Assembly (NCBI GenBank): GCA_002256025.1
Contig: NKIB01014119.1
Coordinates: 1-47,357, forward strand
Direction: 5' to 3'
Origin: Asterionella formosa
Lineage: Eukaryota
Length of the DNA: 47,357 bases
Shown here: piece by piece, positions 30,394 to 41,393 of the stretch
Position numbering within the stretch: position 1 is the first letter of the stretch
Layout: each line of letters starts with the position of its first letter
The notes under the pieces: model-generated
Database searches by the model: none
Seen by the model: the letters and a program-made list of their open reading frames with translations, nothing else
What the model was told of the DNA's origin: nothing
Position numbers and translations under genes: made by a program

Positions 30394-32582
30394 TTTTTTT
30401 GAAGTCTGGTGTCGGCAGCTAGCTGAGCACCCAACGGCGTAAGTTTCATCTGCCCAACACATCCTGTTCCTTGTGGTATTTCGTGGAAATATGGCGTAAA
30501 ACATAAGTCAGCGTCATCTTCATCAGTTTGATATTTTTTCGCTCGCAGAGAGTAGGGTATAGGAAGGTGTATGAGATTTCCTGATTTCGACCTTGAGTGC
30601 TTTCCACAGCAACACACCTTTGGAATTGAACAGTAGAGACGGTCTGCTTGTCTGTCTCCTTGTAATCTGCTGCAAAAAAGGACTCCTAATTCGAAGTTCG
30701 AGTACGTCATCTCATCGCTTTCAAACGATCGCATTGGTGTCGGTTTCCCTTGTGCTCCACGCGATAGGCAAGCACTTGTCAAGAGAAACCACGAGAAATT
30801 CTCCTCTGCCTCGCCGTACTCTTGACCAAGTTGCTCTCTATTTCTTCCTAGAAGTCGAATGTAGCTCTTGAAATGAGGGGCTCGTATTGAGCTCAGCGGG
30901 TTAGGGTTACTCGTTTCGTATGTTGACAATCTAGAAATACAGCGAATGTCGATGGTATTGAATGTTGTTGAGGATAGAAAGACGAAGCCTGCAGCGACGA
31001 CTTCATCTTTGGCGGGCTGATCAATGGTTGTATCCAAGTCGAGCTCAGCCACCTCATACTCGGGCGACAACGACCGGTTCGGTTTCCATTGATCATAAAC
31101 ATTTTTCATGAATTTCATGGTGGGCCAAATGATGTCCATTTGGTTCAGAAGCCCTTCGTCGCAGCCACCTTCGAGAGACGTACCAAATGTTTCGCATCCA
31201 AAATACGACTGCACCAGGAGTGTCATATTTTCTCTCGTCCAGTATCCGCCAAAGCTAGTTGTCTGAACAATCAATCTATCTTGTTCACAATGCAACCATT
31301 CTGGAATCCAAGCCTTACCATGTTTCCCACTTTCACTCAGTCTCTCTACAATATCGGATACTCGTTGTGGCCCAAAGAGAAAGCTTCTCTGTTTCCTATT
31401 GAAGACTTTTCCAAGATGAGCCAATGTGTGCCGTCCCTTGTGGTCGCCAGGCACATGCGCAATCAGGTGAACTTGGGAATCTTGAAACCGATAATGTTTT
31501 CGAAAGTTATCAAAACCATCCAAGCCACAGTACTTGAAAAGAAATTCTTCCGGCAATAAATCACCTTCACTGGCTGCGTTTGATTGGTGCTGCAAGAAAT
31601 TAGCCAACACATATCCAAAGTCAGACCCATCAGCACGAGGGCATTTCATTGTTCCCTTTTTGGTGGCCGAGTCTGCTGGTTCGAAACGTTGAACCCAAGC
31701 CCCGTCGACAGATGTTTGTTCTGTTAAATTTGATGTAGTAATCATGACAACGACCGAACCGGATCGTTCGAAGAGGACCATGAATTTTGGATGATGAACG
31801 CCCCGTTTTTTCAGCCGCGCCTTGACGATATCGGGATGCACTCCCTTTTGCTCATGCTCGTCGTCTGAATCAATTACAATAAGATGATCTGGCTGAGTTG
31901 CTTTTTGATGCTCCTTTGTACTCCACGAAGACTGTACCGGAGCATCTGTTGGCAGCCATGTTGGGAGTACTTGGGTCATGTGGAAATTGTGAGGAAGTGA
32001 TGACGGAAGCTCATCATTTTCTAGAAGCGTTTCATCGGAGTTCAGCCATCCTTCTTCGGGCGGCGATTCGTCGTCTTGTTTGATAAGTACCGTATTTGCA
32101 GCCTCCTGTTCGTCCAAGTGCTGAGAACCGTCTTCATCGCTTGATTCCAAACTATCTAAGGCATTCGTTTCGGTTGCAAGCTTGACTCGCTTCTGCGATA
32201 CTTTATTGAATTTCGATGTCAATGCATGCTTCTTGTTTCCTTTTCGCGTCGCCTCGGCTACGCGTTCTTTTAGCCCCTTGTGGCCATGCAAAACGAGGGT
32301 CGGAACGCCACCAAATAGCGTCGGGAGCTCGCGTCGCACAAAGCTCAGATCCAATGTGTACGTCCCCAAAATAGCAGCTCGGAGATCTAGCGAAGCAATA
32401 AATTGATTCTTGTCCAACAAAGGGGGAGGATTCAAAGCACCACATGTGCACGAGCTGCCACCATGCTGAACATTCAGATCGCCGAGAGGCCGAAGCAAGT
32501 AGAAGCGGTCACTCAGATAGGACGTTCTACCGACTGTGATGGACGGAACATGTTTCGAGGGTCGCAATAATTGTTCGTGCAT
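30390..32582 (-). CDS. TDP1: Tyrosyl-DNA phosphodiesterase 1-like (PLD superfamily)
   Basis: Two HxK motifs: GVHHPKFMVL..ITTSNLT and PHFKSY..WFLLTSACLSRGAQG; also NFELGVL and LPIPY. Confidence 0.8.
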   Translation of the reverse strand: MHEQLLRPSKHVPSITVGRTSYLSDRFYLLRPLGDLNVQHGGSSCTCGALNPPPLLDKNQFIASLDLRAAILGTYTLDLSFVRRELPTLFGGVPTLVLHGHKGLKERVAEATRKGNKKHALTSKFNKVSQKRVKLATETNALDSLESSDEDGSQHLDEQEAANTVLIKQDDESPPEEGWLNSDETLLENDELPSSLPHNFHMTQVLPTWLPTDAPVQSSWSTKEHQKATQPDHLIVIDSDDEHEQKGVHPDIVKARLKKRGVHHPKFMVLFERSGSVVVMITTSNLTEQTSVDGAWVQRFEPADSATKKGTMKCPRADGSDFGYVLANFLQHQSNAASEGDLLPEEFLFKYCGLDGFDNFRKHYRFQDSQVHLIAHVPGDHKGRHTLAHLGKVFNRKQRSFLFGPQRVSDIVERLSESGKHGKAWIPEWLHCEQDRLIVQTTSFGGYWTRENMTLLVQSYFGCETFGTSLEGGCDEGLLNQMDIIWPTMKFMKNVYDQWKPNRSLSPEYEVAELDLDTTIDQPAKDEVVAAGFVFLSSTTFNTIDIRCISRLSTYETSNPNPLSSIRAPHFKSYIRLLGRNREQLGQEYGEAEENFSWFLLTSACLSRGAQGKPTPMRSFESDEMTYSNFELGVLFCSRLQGDRQADRLYCSIPKVCCCGKHSRSKSGNLIHLPIPYSLRAKKYQTDEDDADLCFTPYFHEIPQGTGCVGQMKLTPLGAQLAADTRLQKN

Positions 32583-32723
32583 CGTTCTACTATTATAATT
32601 AAATTATTATTATTATTATTATTGTTATTTTTGCATGATCGATGGCTATGGGAAAATTTGTAGATCTCGTGCTGAATACATGGATGTACTGGTCACTGGA
32701 TGAGCGCGAGGGATGTTGAAGGT

Positions 32724-32755
<32 letters not shown>

Positions 32756-32774
32756 GGGGGGGCCCCCCCCCCCC
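32724..32774. repeat. Homopolymer tract G31-A-G7-C12
   Basis: Read directly; lies about 140 bp upstream of the TDP1-like start, near an (ATT)n run at about 32603-32623. Confidence 0.9.
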
Positions 32775-33246
32775 AGCAGAAGAAAGTACCAGGTACCGGT
32801 ATATTCACCTGAGGACATATACGGGTACTATATTGCATCTTGTGGTCTCAATAGTGGTACCGGTACTCTATTTTGCATGTCATATATATATACCGGAATA
32901 TGTAATGTCATTTTTATGGTGTCTTAAAGTTAAGATATACTCCTGGAATACCAGAATAGTTCGATTGGCACTCCTTTTGGCGGCAGGTTCAGTCTTTTTT
33001 CCTTCCATGGTAGGCAGTTAGAACAGGGAATAACACTCCTTCTCTGTCTCAAGGATCATTAGCTAGTGGATCGCAAAGCTCAAGGTTTCCACCATGCAAC
33101 CAAGCGCCCCCCTCCCGGAGTCACAGCAAACACTGAGCATGATGAATCTGTTGCAAGGCGCCTCCTCCTTCCTTTGCATATTAAATGAAAATCAGTTTTG
33201 ATATGGATCTCATGCTTCTGCAACATGTACAGAAAATGGTACATTC

Positions 33247-34300
33247 TTGCCTCTTGCTTTTCTGGAAACACTCCCCTTAGAACTCCATGACCCTGCTCTT
33301 TTAAATGATGTAACGTTGGTAAGGCCTCTACCAAACACCATGCAGATGTTTTCAGTTACCGAAATCCGAAATTTGGATACAGAGAAACAAGCACAAACAA
33401 TGGTCAAGTCCACTCTATGGTACAATAAATTTAATTAGCGAGGCAACCACATGAAGAAATGTGTTGTATCAATTTCAAGTCAAAAACGGTTGGTTACATG
33501 GTTTCATGGCATCTGCCCTATTTCGCTGTACCATAACTGGAGCAGTGCCGAAACTGCTCGGCATATAGAGGTTATGATTGATCCTATGTTGCAACAAAGG
33601 ATTACTTTAATCAACCAACCTGCTGTCCAAGGAGAGATTGATGGGGCTCCAGGTGGCGGGTCCATTAATGATACCACATGGCGTGGTCTAATTTCAGCTA
33701 CTTTCACTGATTTCACAAGATGCAAGCAGCCTTATTACTATAGTTTCCCAGATGATGACAACTTAGATTTGAAAGGATTGTGCAATGGTGTTAACCCGAT
33801 TCAATGAAGAAGAACAACTGACAATAGCGATGATGACTTTATCCCTGAAAAGGAGTATGAAATGGATGATGAAATTTTTCCAATTACATCAAATATGAAG
33901 AAACAGAAGAAACGAGAATCATCATCAATATCATTGAATTCTCATGTAAGCACCAAGCCACAAGACACCTAATGCAACAATGGCAGTTGCTGCTCCATTG
34001 AATAACTTGGGTAATGATGCTGCAAATCAGCAAGTGCAATTGATGAAAGTACATAAATTTTCTTGCTCAGCAAGGAAGTTGAGTGAGAGTTAGACTTTTT
34101 ATCTGAGGAAATCAAGAGAAGTCAAAGAAGTATACTGAATTTTAAATGTAAGAAGAAAGAAGGCAAGGTTGTTTGCATTAATCAGTTGCATGAGCAGTGA
34201 CTTGAATAAAAAAACTGGTGCTTTCAAATCAAGCATATTTTAGAACTACTGTTGATGATATTCCTGAATCAATTGGTGACCACAGGAATGATGATAGTGG
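33247..34300 (+). pseudogene. Decayed coding-like relic, probably TE-derived
   Basis: Successive same-frame fragments separated by single stops (33247-33438, 33451-33807, continuing acidic/basic stretch). No family motif recognised. Confidence 0.3.
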
Positions 34301-34936
34301 TGAAAGTGATCATGATGTAATTAAAGATTAGTAGTGATTTATAAAAGTAATTATATTTCCATAATTTGCCATGTTGGTGATTGGACCTCTAAGCGCCCTA
34401 CAGATTGCTGAGGGCATAACACTTGAGCAGCTTCAAGGGCATTAGAGATTTTATTGTGGTCCATCTAACATAATATGTAATGGTATGTGGTGTCAATGTC
34501 ATTTCAGTACATGTGTGTTCTTGTATACAGTGGTATGGAGTAGATAGCACATGAACCCGTTTTATAGTACTGGTACCTGGTACTCCAAGCTTTACAAACT
34601 GTTTACAGTACCGGTAGTATACAGGGAAAAATATACCCTAAATACGACCCAGGAAAGAATTACCGGCAACCAAAATACTGGTATCGTAGCTCCCTTCGCT
34701 TGCAAGCGACGCGAAACGAATTATTGAGCATGAGGATGATGATGAATGTCAAAAGCCAAACAAACGAAGCGCTTTTTCCTCTTGTCTCGTCCCAGTATAG
34801 TCGTCTACCGAAATCTAAAGACTGGATGCATCGTCCACCATTGTTAGTCTTGATCGATTTCCTATTTGTCTTATTCTCAGCAAACAACAACAACAAAATT
34901 AGTCATTCATCATTACGTTCTATCCATTCAAGAACA

Positions 34937-35657
34937 ATGGCGGCATCGACCAACAATAATAATAACCAAATTTCCATTGTTCGAGTTGAATGGCATGATG
35001 ACAATACTACTACGACTGATGATAATTTAATGCTGTCACAACGACAACAACAACAGCAACTCCTTCGTCAAGGAGTCAAGGAATTGTTTCAATTATATTT
35101 TGATGAATTGTATACAATGAATTGTGATTTAGGATTTCAAGGCTTTCAATCTGAATTAACCAACTTGCCTGGAAAATATGATTTTAATCAACGAGGTGGA
35201 TTATTTGCGGCCATTCAAGGACAAGGACAAGAACCAACCATCTCAAGTACTCAAGACGTGGTGGGATGCATTGCTCTGCGTCCCATGGAGCAGACAGATA
35301 CTTGTGGAGAAGTGAAACGCATGTATATACGAAATTCTGTTCGACGAAATGGAATTGGACATTTGTTGGCAGCAACCATTATTGATCATGCGTGGGAAAA
35401 CGGGTACACGGAATTGAAGTTGGATAGTCTCGAACGATTGGTACGTACAGTACAATAAAATGATCTATATTTTCTTTGACTTTTATGGATCCTCATTATT
35501 TCATCTCCTTCCTTATCCCATTGTTCCTTTCTTCGTTTCACATTGTTTTTTATAGAAAGGTGCAGTATCATTGTATGAAAGATTGGGGTTCACTCGAATT
35601 CCACCATATTGTTCATGCCCAGAAGTGGACCATGTTTGTATGAATCTATTCAAATAA
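34937..35657 (+). CDS. GNAT-family N-acetyltransferase; exons 34937-35440 and 35556-35657
   Basis: FQGFQSELTNLPGKY, VGCIALR, EVKRMYI, RRNGIG. A GTACGT..TAG intron (35441-35555) joins LDSLERL to KGAVSLYERLGF, restoring GNAT motif B. Confidence 0.9.
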
Positions 35658-36035
35658 AAAAAAGTAGGATACTAAGTCTACTACTACTATTCCATAACTT
35701 TATATTGAGATAACTTCTATTAAATACATGTATAACTGACATGACCGCTTCGGGAGTATATTCTGCAATGAAAAGGCACATTCGATTTGATTAGGTTGTA
35801 GTTGTGCCAACCATCATGTGAGTGGTATCAAGTGGGAACAATTGGTTTGATCCGAAACGACGTATCTATATTTACTTTTAGAGAAAAGCGAGAGATTCAT
35901 TGTAATAATATCCTTATCAAAACTCAAGTTTCTTTCTTTAATTTCGTTTCATTGCTGATCATGTTGCCAGAAATTATTGCAAAATGGCCCATCATGAATG
36001 GATGACAAATTATTTGCAAAGTAGAATTTTATCTT

Positions 36036-36344
36036 TTATTCTTTTTGCTGAGTCAAAATAGCATCATATTGAGTTGGAGTATAGGCTTGAATAGTCAATG
36101 CATGAATTTTCTTCATGTAATCCTTTACTGCTGTGTTGATCTTTCGATGGCGTTGTAATAACGACACGTTGGTAAATTGTTCCGACACGACAAGAATTTT
36201 TAATTTTGCACCGCCTTCACATCGACTTTTAGAGGACGATTCGTCCAATACTTCGACGTGAATAGCGCCTAGCTCCTGACGAATTGTGTCATGGATTTGT
36301 TGGATCATCAATTGATCAGACGACAACACCAACGACGACGACAT
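36036..36344 (-). CDS. BolA-family protein
   Basis: VEVLDES..C..G..LKILVVSEQF..VSLLQRHRKIN..IHALTIQAYTP. Confidence 0.92.
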   Translation of the reverse strand: MSSSLVLSSDQLMIQQIHDTIRQELGAIHVEVLDESSSKSRCEGGAKLKILVVSEQFTNVSLLQRHRKINTAVKDYMKKIHALTIQAYTPTQYDAILTQQKE

Positions 36345-38040
36345 TAAGCTCCTATCGTACAGTTCTTGTGATTAATGACTACAAGTCGTGAGCAATTTGT
36401 ACAAAGCCTTGGCTTGTTTTGAATGCATCTAGCGAAAACGAATTTGGATGTAGCAGGTGCTGTCAGCCCATCAGTCTGTCCATATACCACTACATAGCCA
36501 GTAGCTAGGCTGTAAAATGTTGTTCAAAGCATCATAAATTAAGTCGTCATGTATGTACCGGTAGCTAGCCACGCACTTCTGTCCCTGTGGAACGTCCGTC
36601 AATCGAGATATTTAGCTTAATTATGAAAGGAAAAAACTTGTTTTACTGGACCTTCGACGAAGTACTGGTCGACGAGAACTTCTTGCCACAAACCAGGGAG
36701 GCGAGTCTAGGAGGATTATTTGATGGTAAAGAAGAAGTGGTGGCAGTTGTTTGGTGAACAGCATCTTGTTTGGAACTGAAATACAGCCATTCCAAAAGTA
36801 CTACACACTTATCCATCTGGGAGATTTTCAAGACATGACTCTTGACTGCATTGGTACCACCTCATTCCATTGTTGCTCCAATGACGGTGATTAAAGATTG
36901 TGGTTTCTTTGCATCTTGTTAGGTTATTAGTTTCTTTGCATCTTGTTACGTTAAGTATTCAAGTAGATTGTATTGTATGGGCTGCTACAAAATGTGAAAA
37001 GCTATTATACATACAAGCAAAAAGAACAAGAAAGCAAAGATATGAAGTGCTGATGTGCCAGACAGTATTGACCATAATTACAACTAAATATGTTTGAAGG
37101 CTTTATATACATGACATAGAGTGACACATGATAAAATGTATACAACATGTATATACATAAGATATTTTAGTAAGTCAATACAAGACTAGAAATCGCACTT
37201 GCGCCTTTAAGTCACGGGAGAGAGCGACAAATAGATTATTTGGCTCGATGCCTGACCTGAGGACGACGTCGAGCCTCCTGCATTTCTCATCTTTGTGTGA
37301 CGCGAAGCCGAGCTCTGTCACTAAAACTTGGTGGTGGCCTGGATCATGCCCTGAGAGAGATTTCAACCATCGTGAGCCAAAACAATTTTTGTTGCAAACT
37401 GTGGCATTGCTTACGAACTTGACATGGTAGATGGAACAAGGATCTTTCTTGTGGTGGGATCTTGTGGGAGCACTGGGGCATGGGTGTGATGAGGGCGTCC
37501 ACCTTCTTGCAGATGTCTGGGTCCCCTTCACTTTTTGTATAAAAGTGTCAGAATGCATTAATAAATCCGGGGAATTTTTGATTACTTTTTAACTAAATAT
37601 ATAGTAACTCGAAATTAATTTCTATCACTGATAGAAAATTTTCCTAACTATATTTAGATGACTCTTTTTGCTTTCTAAAATGAAAATCGAAAAGTATTTA
37701 CAAATTTTGTACTACTACCATATAAATTGTCAAGAATTCAGTGCATAATGTATCAGATTTACTCGTGTTTTCGACATGGAACACATCATACATACAACAA
37801 ACATTAAGACCTCGTAATTCAATAGTATATCATCTACACTGTGATTATTTTATATGTATTGGTAGGTATTGTATTTCAATGCCGCATTTGCCCCACCCTG
37901 ATAAAAAATATTTAACCCTAGCCGCACTCAGATATATTAAGAATACCCTGTACACACCATCCCATTAATTACATATTAATACACGTATTCCCTTATATGT
38001 ATGTATCATATGTTGTTACATCTATCGCCACATTAAAAAT

Positions 38041-38240
38041 TGCAAGAACACGTTCTCGTACAAAAAGGTGACATTCTATCTATAGATGATGGATGGTACA
38101 CAAGAACACTTTCTTGTACAAACAATGTGACATTTGTACTATATATTGATCATGGAGGGTACACCATAACATGTTCTCCTGCAAACAAGGTGACATTGAT
38201 ATCTATAGGTGATGGAGAGTATGCAATAACACGTTTTCGT
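38041..38240. repeat. Degenerate ~60-bp minisatellite, about 3.3 copies
   Basis: Units begin near 38041, 38099, 38161 and 38222, each resembling CAAGAACACGTTCTCGTACAAA.AAGGTGACATT..ATCTATA..GATGGA.GGTA. Confidence 0.8.
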
Positions 38241-40472
38241 ATTTGCTCATCGCTAAATAAATTGCTCACTTTTAGTTGGCTTGGTTTAGCAGTTATTAAA
38301 TTTTCGTAATTAAGGATATAACTTGAATTTACTTAAGAAAAAACCTTGGCTAGAAAGTCAGTTAACTCCATATGTCTGTTGCGGCTTCGATGCCCTGCAG
38401 GCGGGCTGAAACCAAAAAAGCGCGCAGGGCGCAATTACCGCACCTTCCTTCTGCCTGCGGTATAGGGACAATGAGACAGCAAATCCATCTTGACCATGAC
38501 TAAATCATTAGACTGAATATCTCCACTAATATTGACAATGGTCAATACCTATTTCGCACATATATGTATATTGACAAATACAAGATAATTGTTCAATAAT
38601 AAATATTTTTGCACTAGTAGGTATTGACAACAAAAAGTTGAAATCATTGCTGGAAGTTGCTTGTTTAGTATCTTGTTCGTCGTTTGCTCAGTTTTGAGGA
38701 TACGAACAAAAACAAGAAATCGTTGAGTCCGCGGTGACTAGCCTGATAACTTCTATTAGATAGTTATTTCTATCTTTAGTACAAATTCATGAGAAAATTT
38801 GAGCGATAGAAATATTGGAGAGGGCACAACATCTTAAAATGCAAGAAAAACCTCTACATCAATTTTGTAGTGAATTTCATGTTCGCACTAATTGTTGTGG
38901 TTCAAATATCCATGAAATCTTGATTAGGTCATTTCGCGCTTTAAAATCGACATACATACAGACAATCAACAATACACTGCTTGACTACTATTACGCAAAT
39001 AGAAAATTCGCATTAAAAAAATCATGAACTCCCCTGACTGTTGTTTTATGCATTTTCAGACACTTTTATGCAAAAATTGTATTCTTTCTTGGGTTTGGAT
39101 TACAATGAGGTTCATCTTTTTGGAAAAATATAAGAGCCGCCGCAGTTAACCGTTACATCCCCATGAAACTGGCCTTGCCTTAATTTCCAGTTGGTGTGGG
39201 CACTAGAGATTTTGTCGAAATGAGAGGTGATGGTGCTGCAGGTCTGGAGATGTATGTAACCTTTAATCACATGATCGAACAAGAATCAACCTCAAGGTAG
39301 AAGAGTACTCGAGAAGATGTTGAAGCGGATGTAATGTTGTTGGGCAGTGAAAGAAGTGAAATGAGGGGAGAGGCAATTGAGCCATCGGTCAGGTTTGCCT
39401 GAGACAAAGAGGATCAAGTTAGAGGAATAGCTATAATGAGAAAAGAGAGCAGTGAGAAAGGACCCGATGGTGGTTGAGATTTGCTCAGAGGTATAGTTGA
39501 TAAGAGAAGGAGATAATTGGGGAAGGGGAATACTGAAGAAGAGCCAGGCCTGGAAAAAGGGACCATCAAAAGGTGAGATGATGGGGAAGGTTGGATCGGT
39601 GGAGAGGTATGCACAAGTGTGACTGGAATAGCGTTAGAGTGGCGCTTTGGAGTCAAATGATGTGGGTGACCAGCGGTGGTGGTTGGTGTTACATTGCGTT
39701 TTTTGAGGTGCTGGCGGATGCTTGGATTTTCCATGTATCTATGGAATCGAAAGGAGGGAGACAAGGTGCGGTGGTAACAATGGGAGGATAGCTTTAAATA
39801 CGGATTGCAAGTATTCTGAATTCATGATTCTAACAATGAGAAGGAATAAGGAGCTACTCAGCACTAGCCATTTATGCTTTGTTTAAACCTCAACATTAAA
39901 ATTCTCACTCGATTCTTCTTTGCCATTGCTCAATTTGGGCTTGGAACAGGAGGCAACTTCCGTCTTTCTTTGATTTACATCATGAGCTACTTGTTATGCT
40001 AGTTAGAGCGTATTGGTGAGTACAACAGTGAAACACTGAATCAAAGATAACAAAAAAATTTTAGTTCTTTGATCTCACTTTCAATATCTATCTATCCTAC
40101 GGCTTAAATTGATTCTACCGTGGTCGCAGGAGTAAGCACATGAAATGAACAAGTCATGCATACCCCTGAATATAGAATACTGACATGATCACCAGGCTAC
40201 CAAATTTTTCATCCTGTTGAAGTAGCATCACATGCGTATCTCATAAATGGGAAGAGTCACGCATGCACTTGTAAATAAAAAACGGAGATGATTGAAATAT
40301 TTTAATGTACATTGCAAGTACCAGTTTTTAATGCATTCTTCTAATCAACATGTAATTCTACTCATGAGGATATGGCTATTCTGGCAGCAATCTACCATGT
40401 CGAAAACCACTCCCTTGATTGATGGCAAAGTTACTACAAGTTAAAAGATTACATCAGTATTTACAACAACAT

Positions 40473-40705
40473 CCCCACCACCAAAACAACAATGACAAAT
40501 GATAATAACATGATGAGATAGGTGCCAAGAAAAATGATATGCGTTGTCCAGCCAGAACTACAAACAAACAATGGAACAGTAAACGAACTCCCTACCCCAA
40601 AAACAATGACAAATAAGATGTCAAAAGAACCGTCAAGAATACTGCAAAAGTGCGTTGTCCACCAGCTAGAACTACAACCAAACAATGGAGCAGCAAATCC
40701 ACTTC
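40473..40705. repeat. Two diverged ~115-bp tandem copies
   Basis: AACAATGACAAAT and TGCGTTGTCCA..AGAACTACAA.CAAACAATGGA.CAG each occur twice. Confidence 0.7.
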
Positions 40706-41393
40706 TTCCCATCGATTATCATTAGTGTTGAGTTCATGAATCATCATGAGTGGAAAATTTTGAACATCAAGCCAACAAGGAGTGGAACATAGTTATACAT
40801 TTACCATGTTCCATCAGGGAATATAGAAGGTAGCTATACAGTCCACAGTGGTGCAAATTGGTGCCATAGAGGTCGTTTTAGTGTTATCTCTCACCTGGTG
40901 ATCAGAAAGAACTAAGAGCTAGCAGTCAGTGTTGTGAAAATGAAACATGCGACTTCACAAACTCCACAATTGTCGAGTTCTTTAACAATAGCGTATTATA
41001 AAATTTACTAAAGAATCTTTTTATTCCTAATACAAACAATATTAAAAATATTTGGCTGATTCAGTACTGCATCAATATCCAACACATACATTAATCCCAT
41101 CAAGGTAATTTATGAAAACTAAAAACCAACAGGAAGTGAAAAGAGAAGATTGAATACAAAGTTAGATCATTGTTCTAGGACTAGGGAGTTCTAGAAGGAA
41201 TTTTTGGATGGACTTTTGTTCTATGTGTCACATATGACACTATACTGGTGCAGTTAAACTATTGAATTCACTGAGCTTTTCGCATAGCAATATACGATTG
41301 TGGGGAGTCAGACTCAATTACAGATACAGAATAGGTGAGACCGCCCAACATTTAAGTTGATCCATTCACTCCTAGCAGTGCTATAAATGGAAA

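Noticed and set aside
7501..32582. DNA-repair gene cluster (SMARCAL1-like + TDP1-like)
   Set aside because: About 21 kb apart with unrelated genes between; no sign of functional clustering.
38041..38240. CRISPR-like periodicity (~60 bp)
   Set aside because: The whole unit is homologous, with no unique spacers and no cas genes; the context is eukaryotic. It is a minisatellite.
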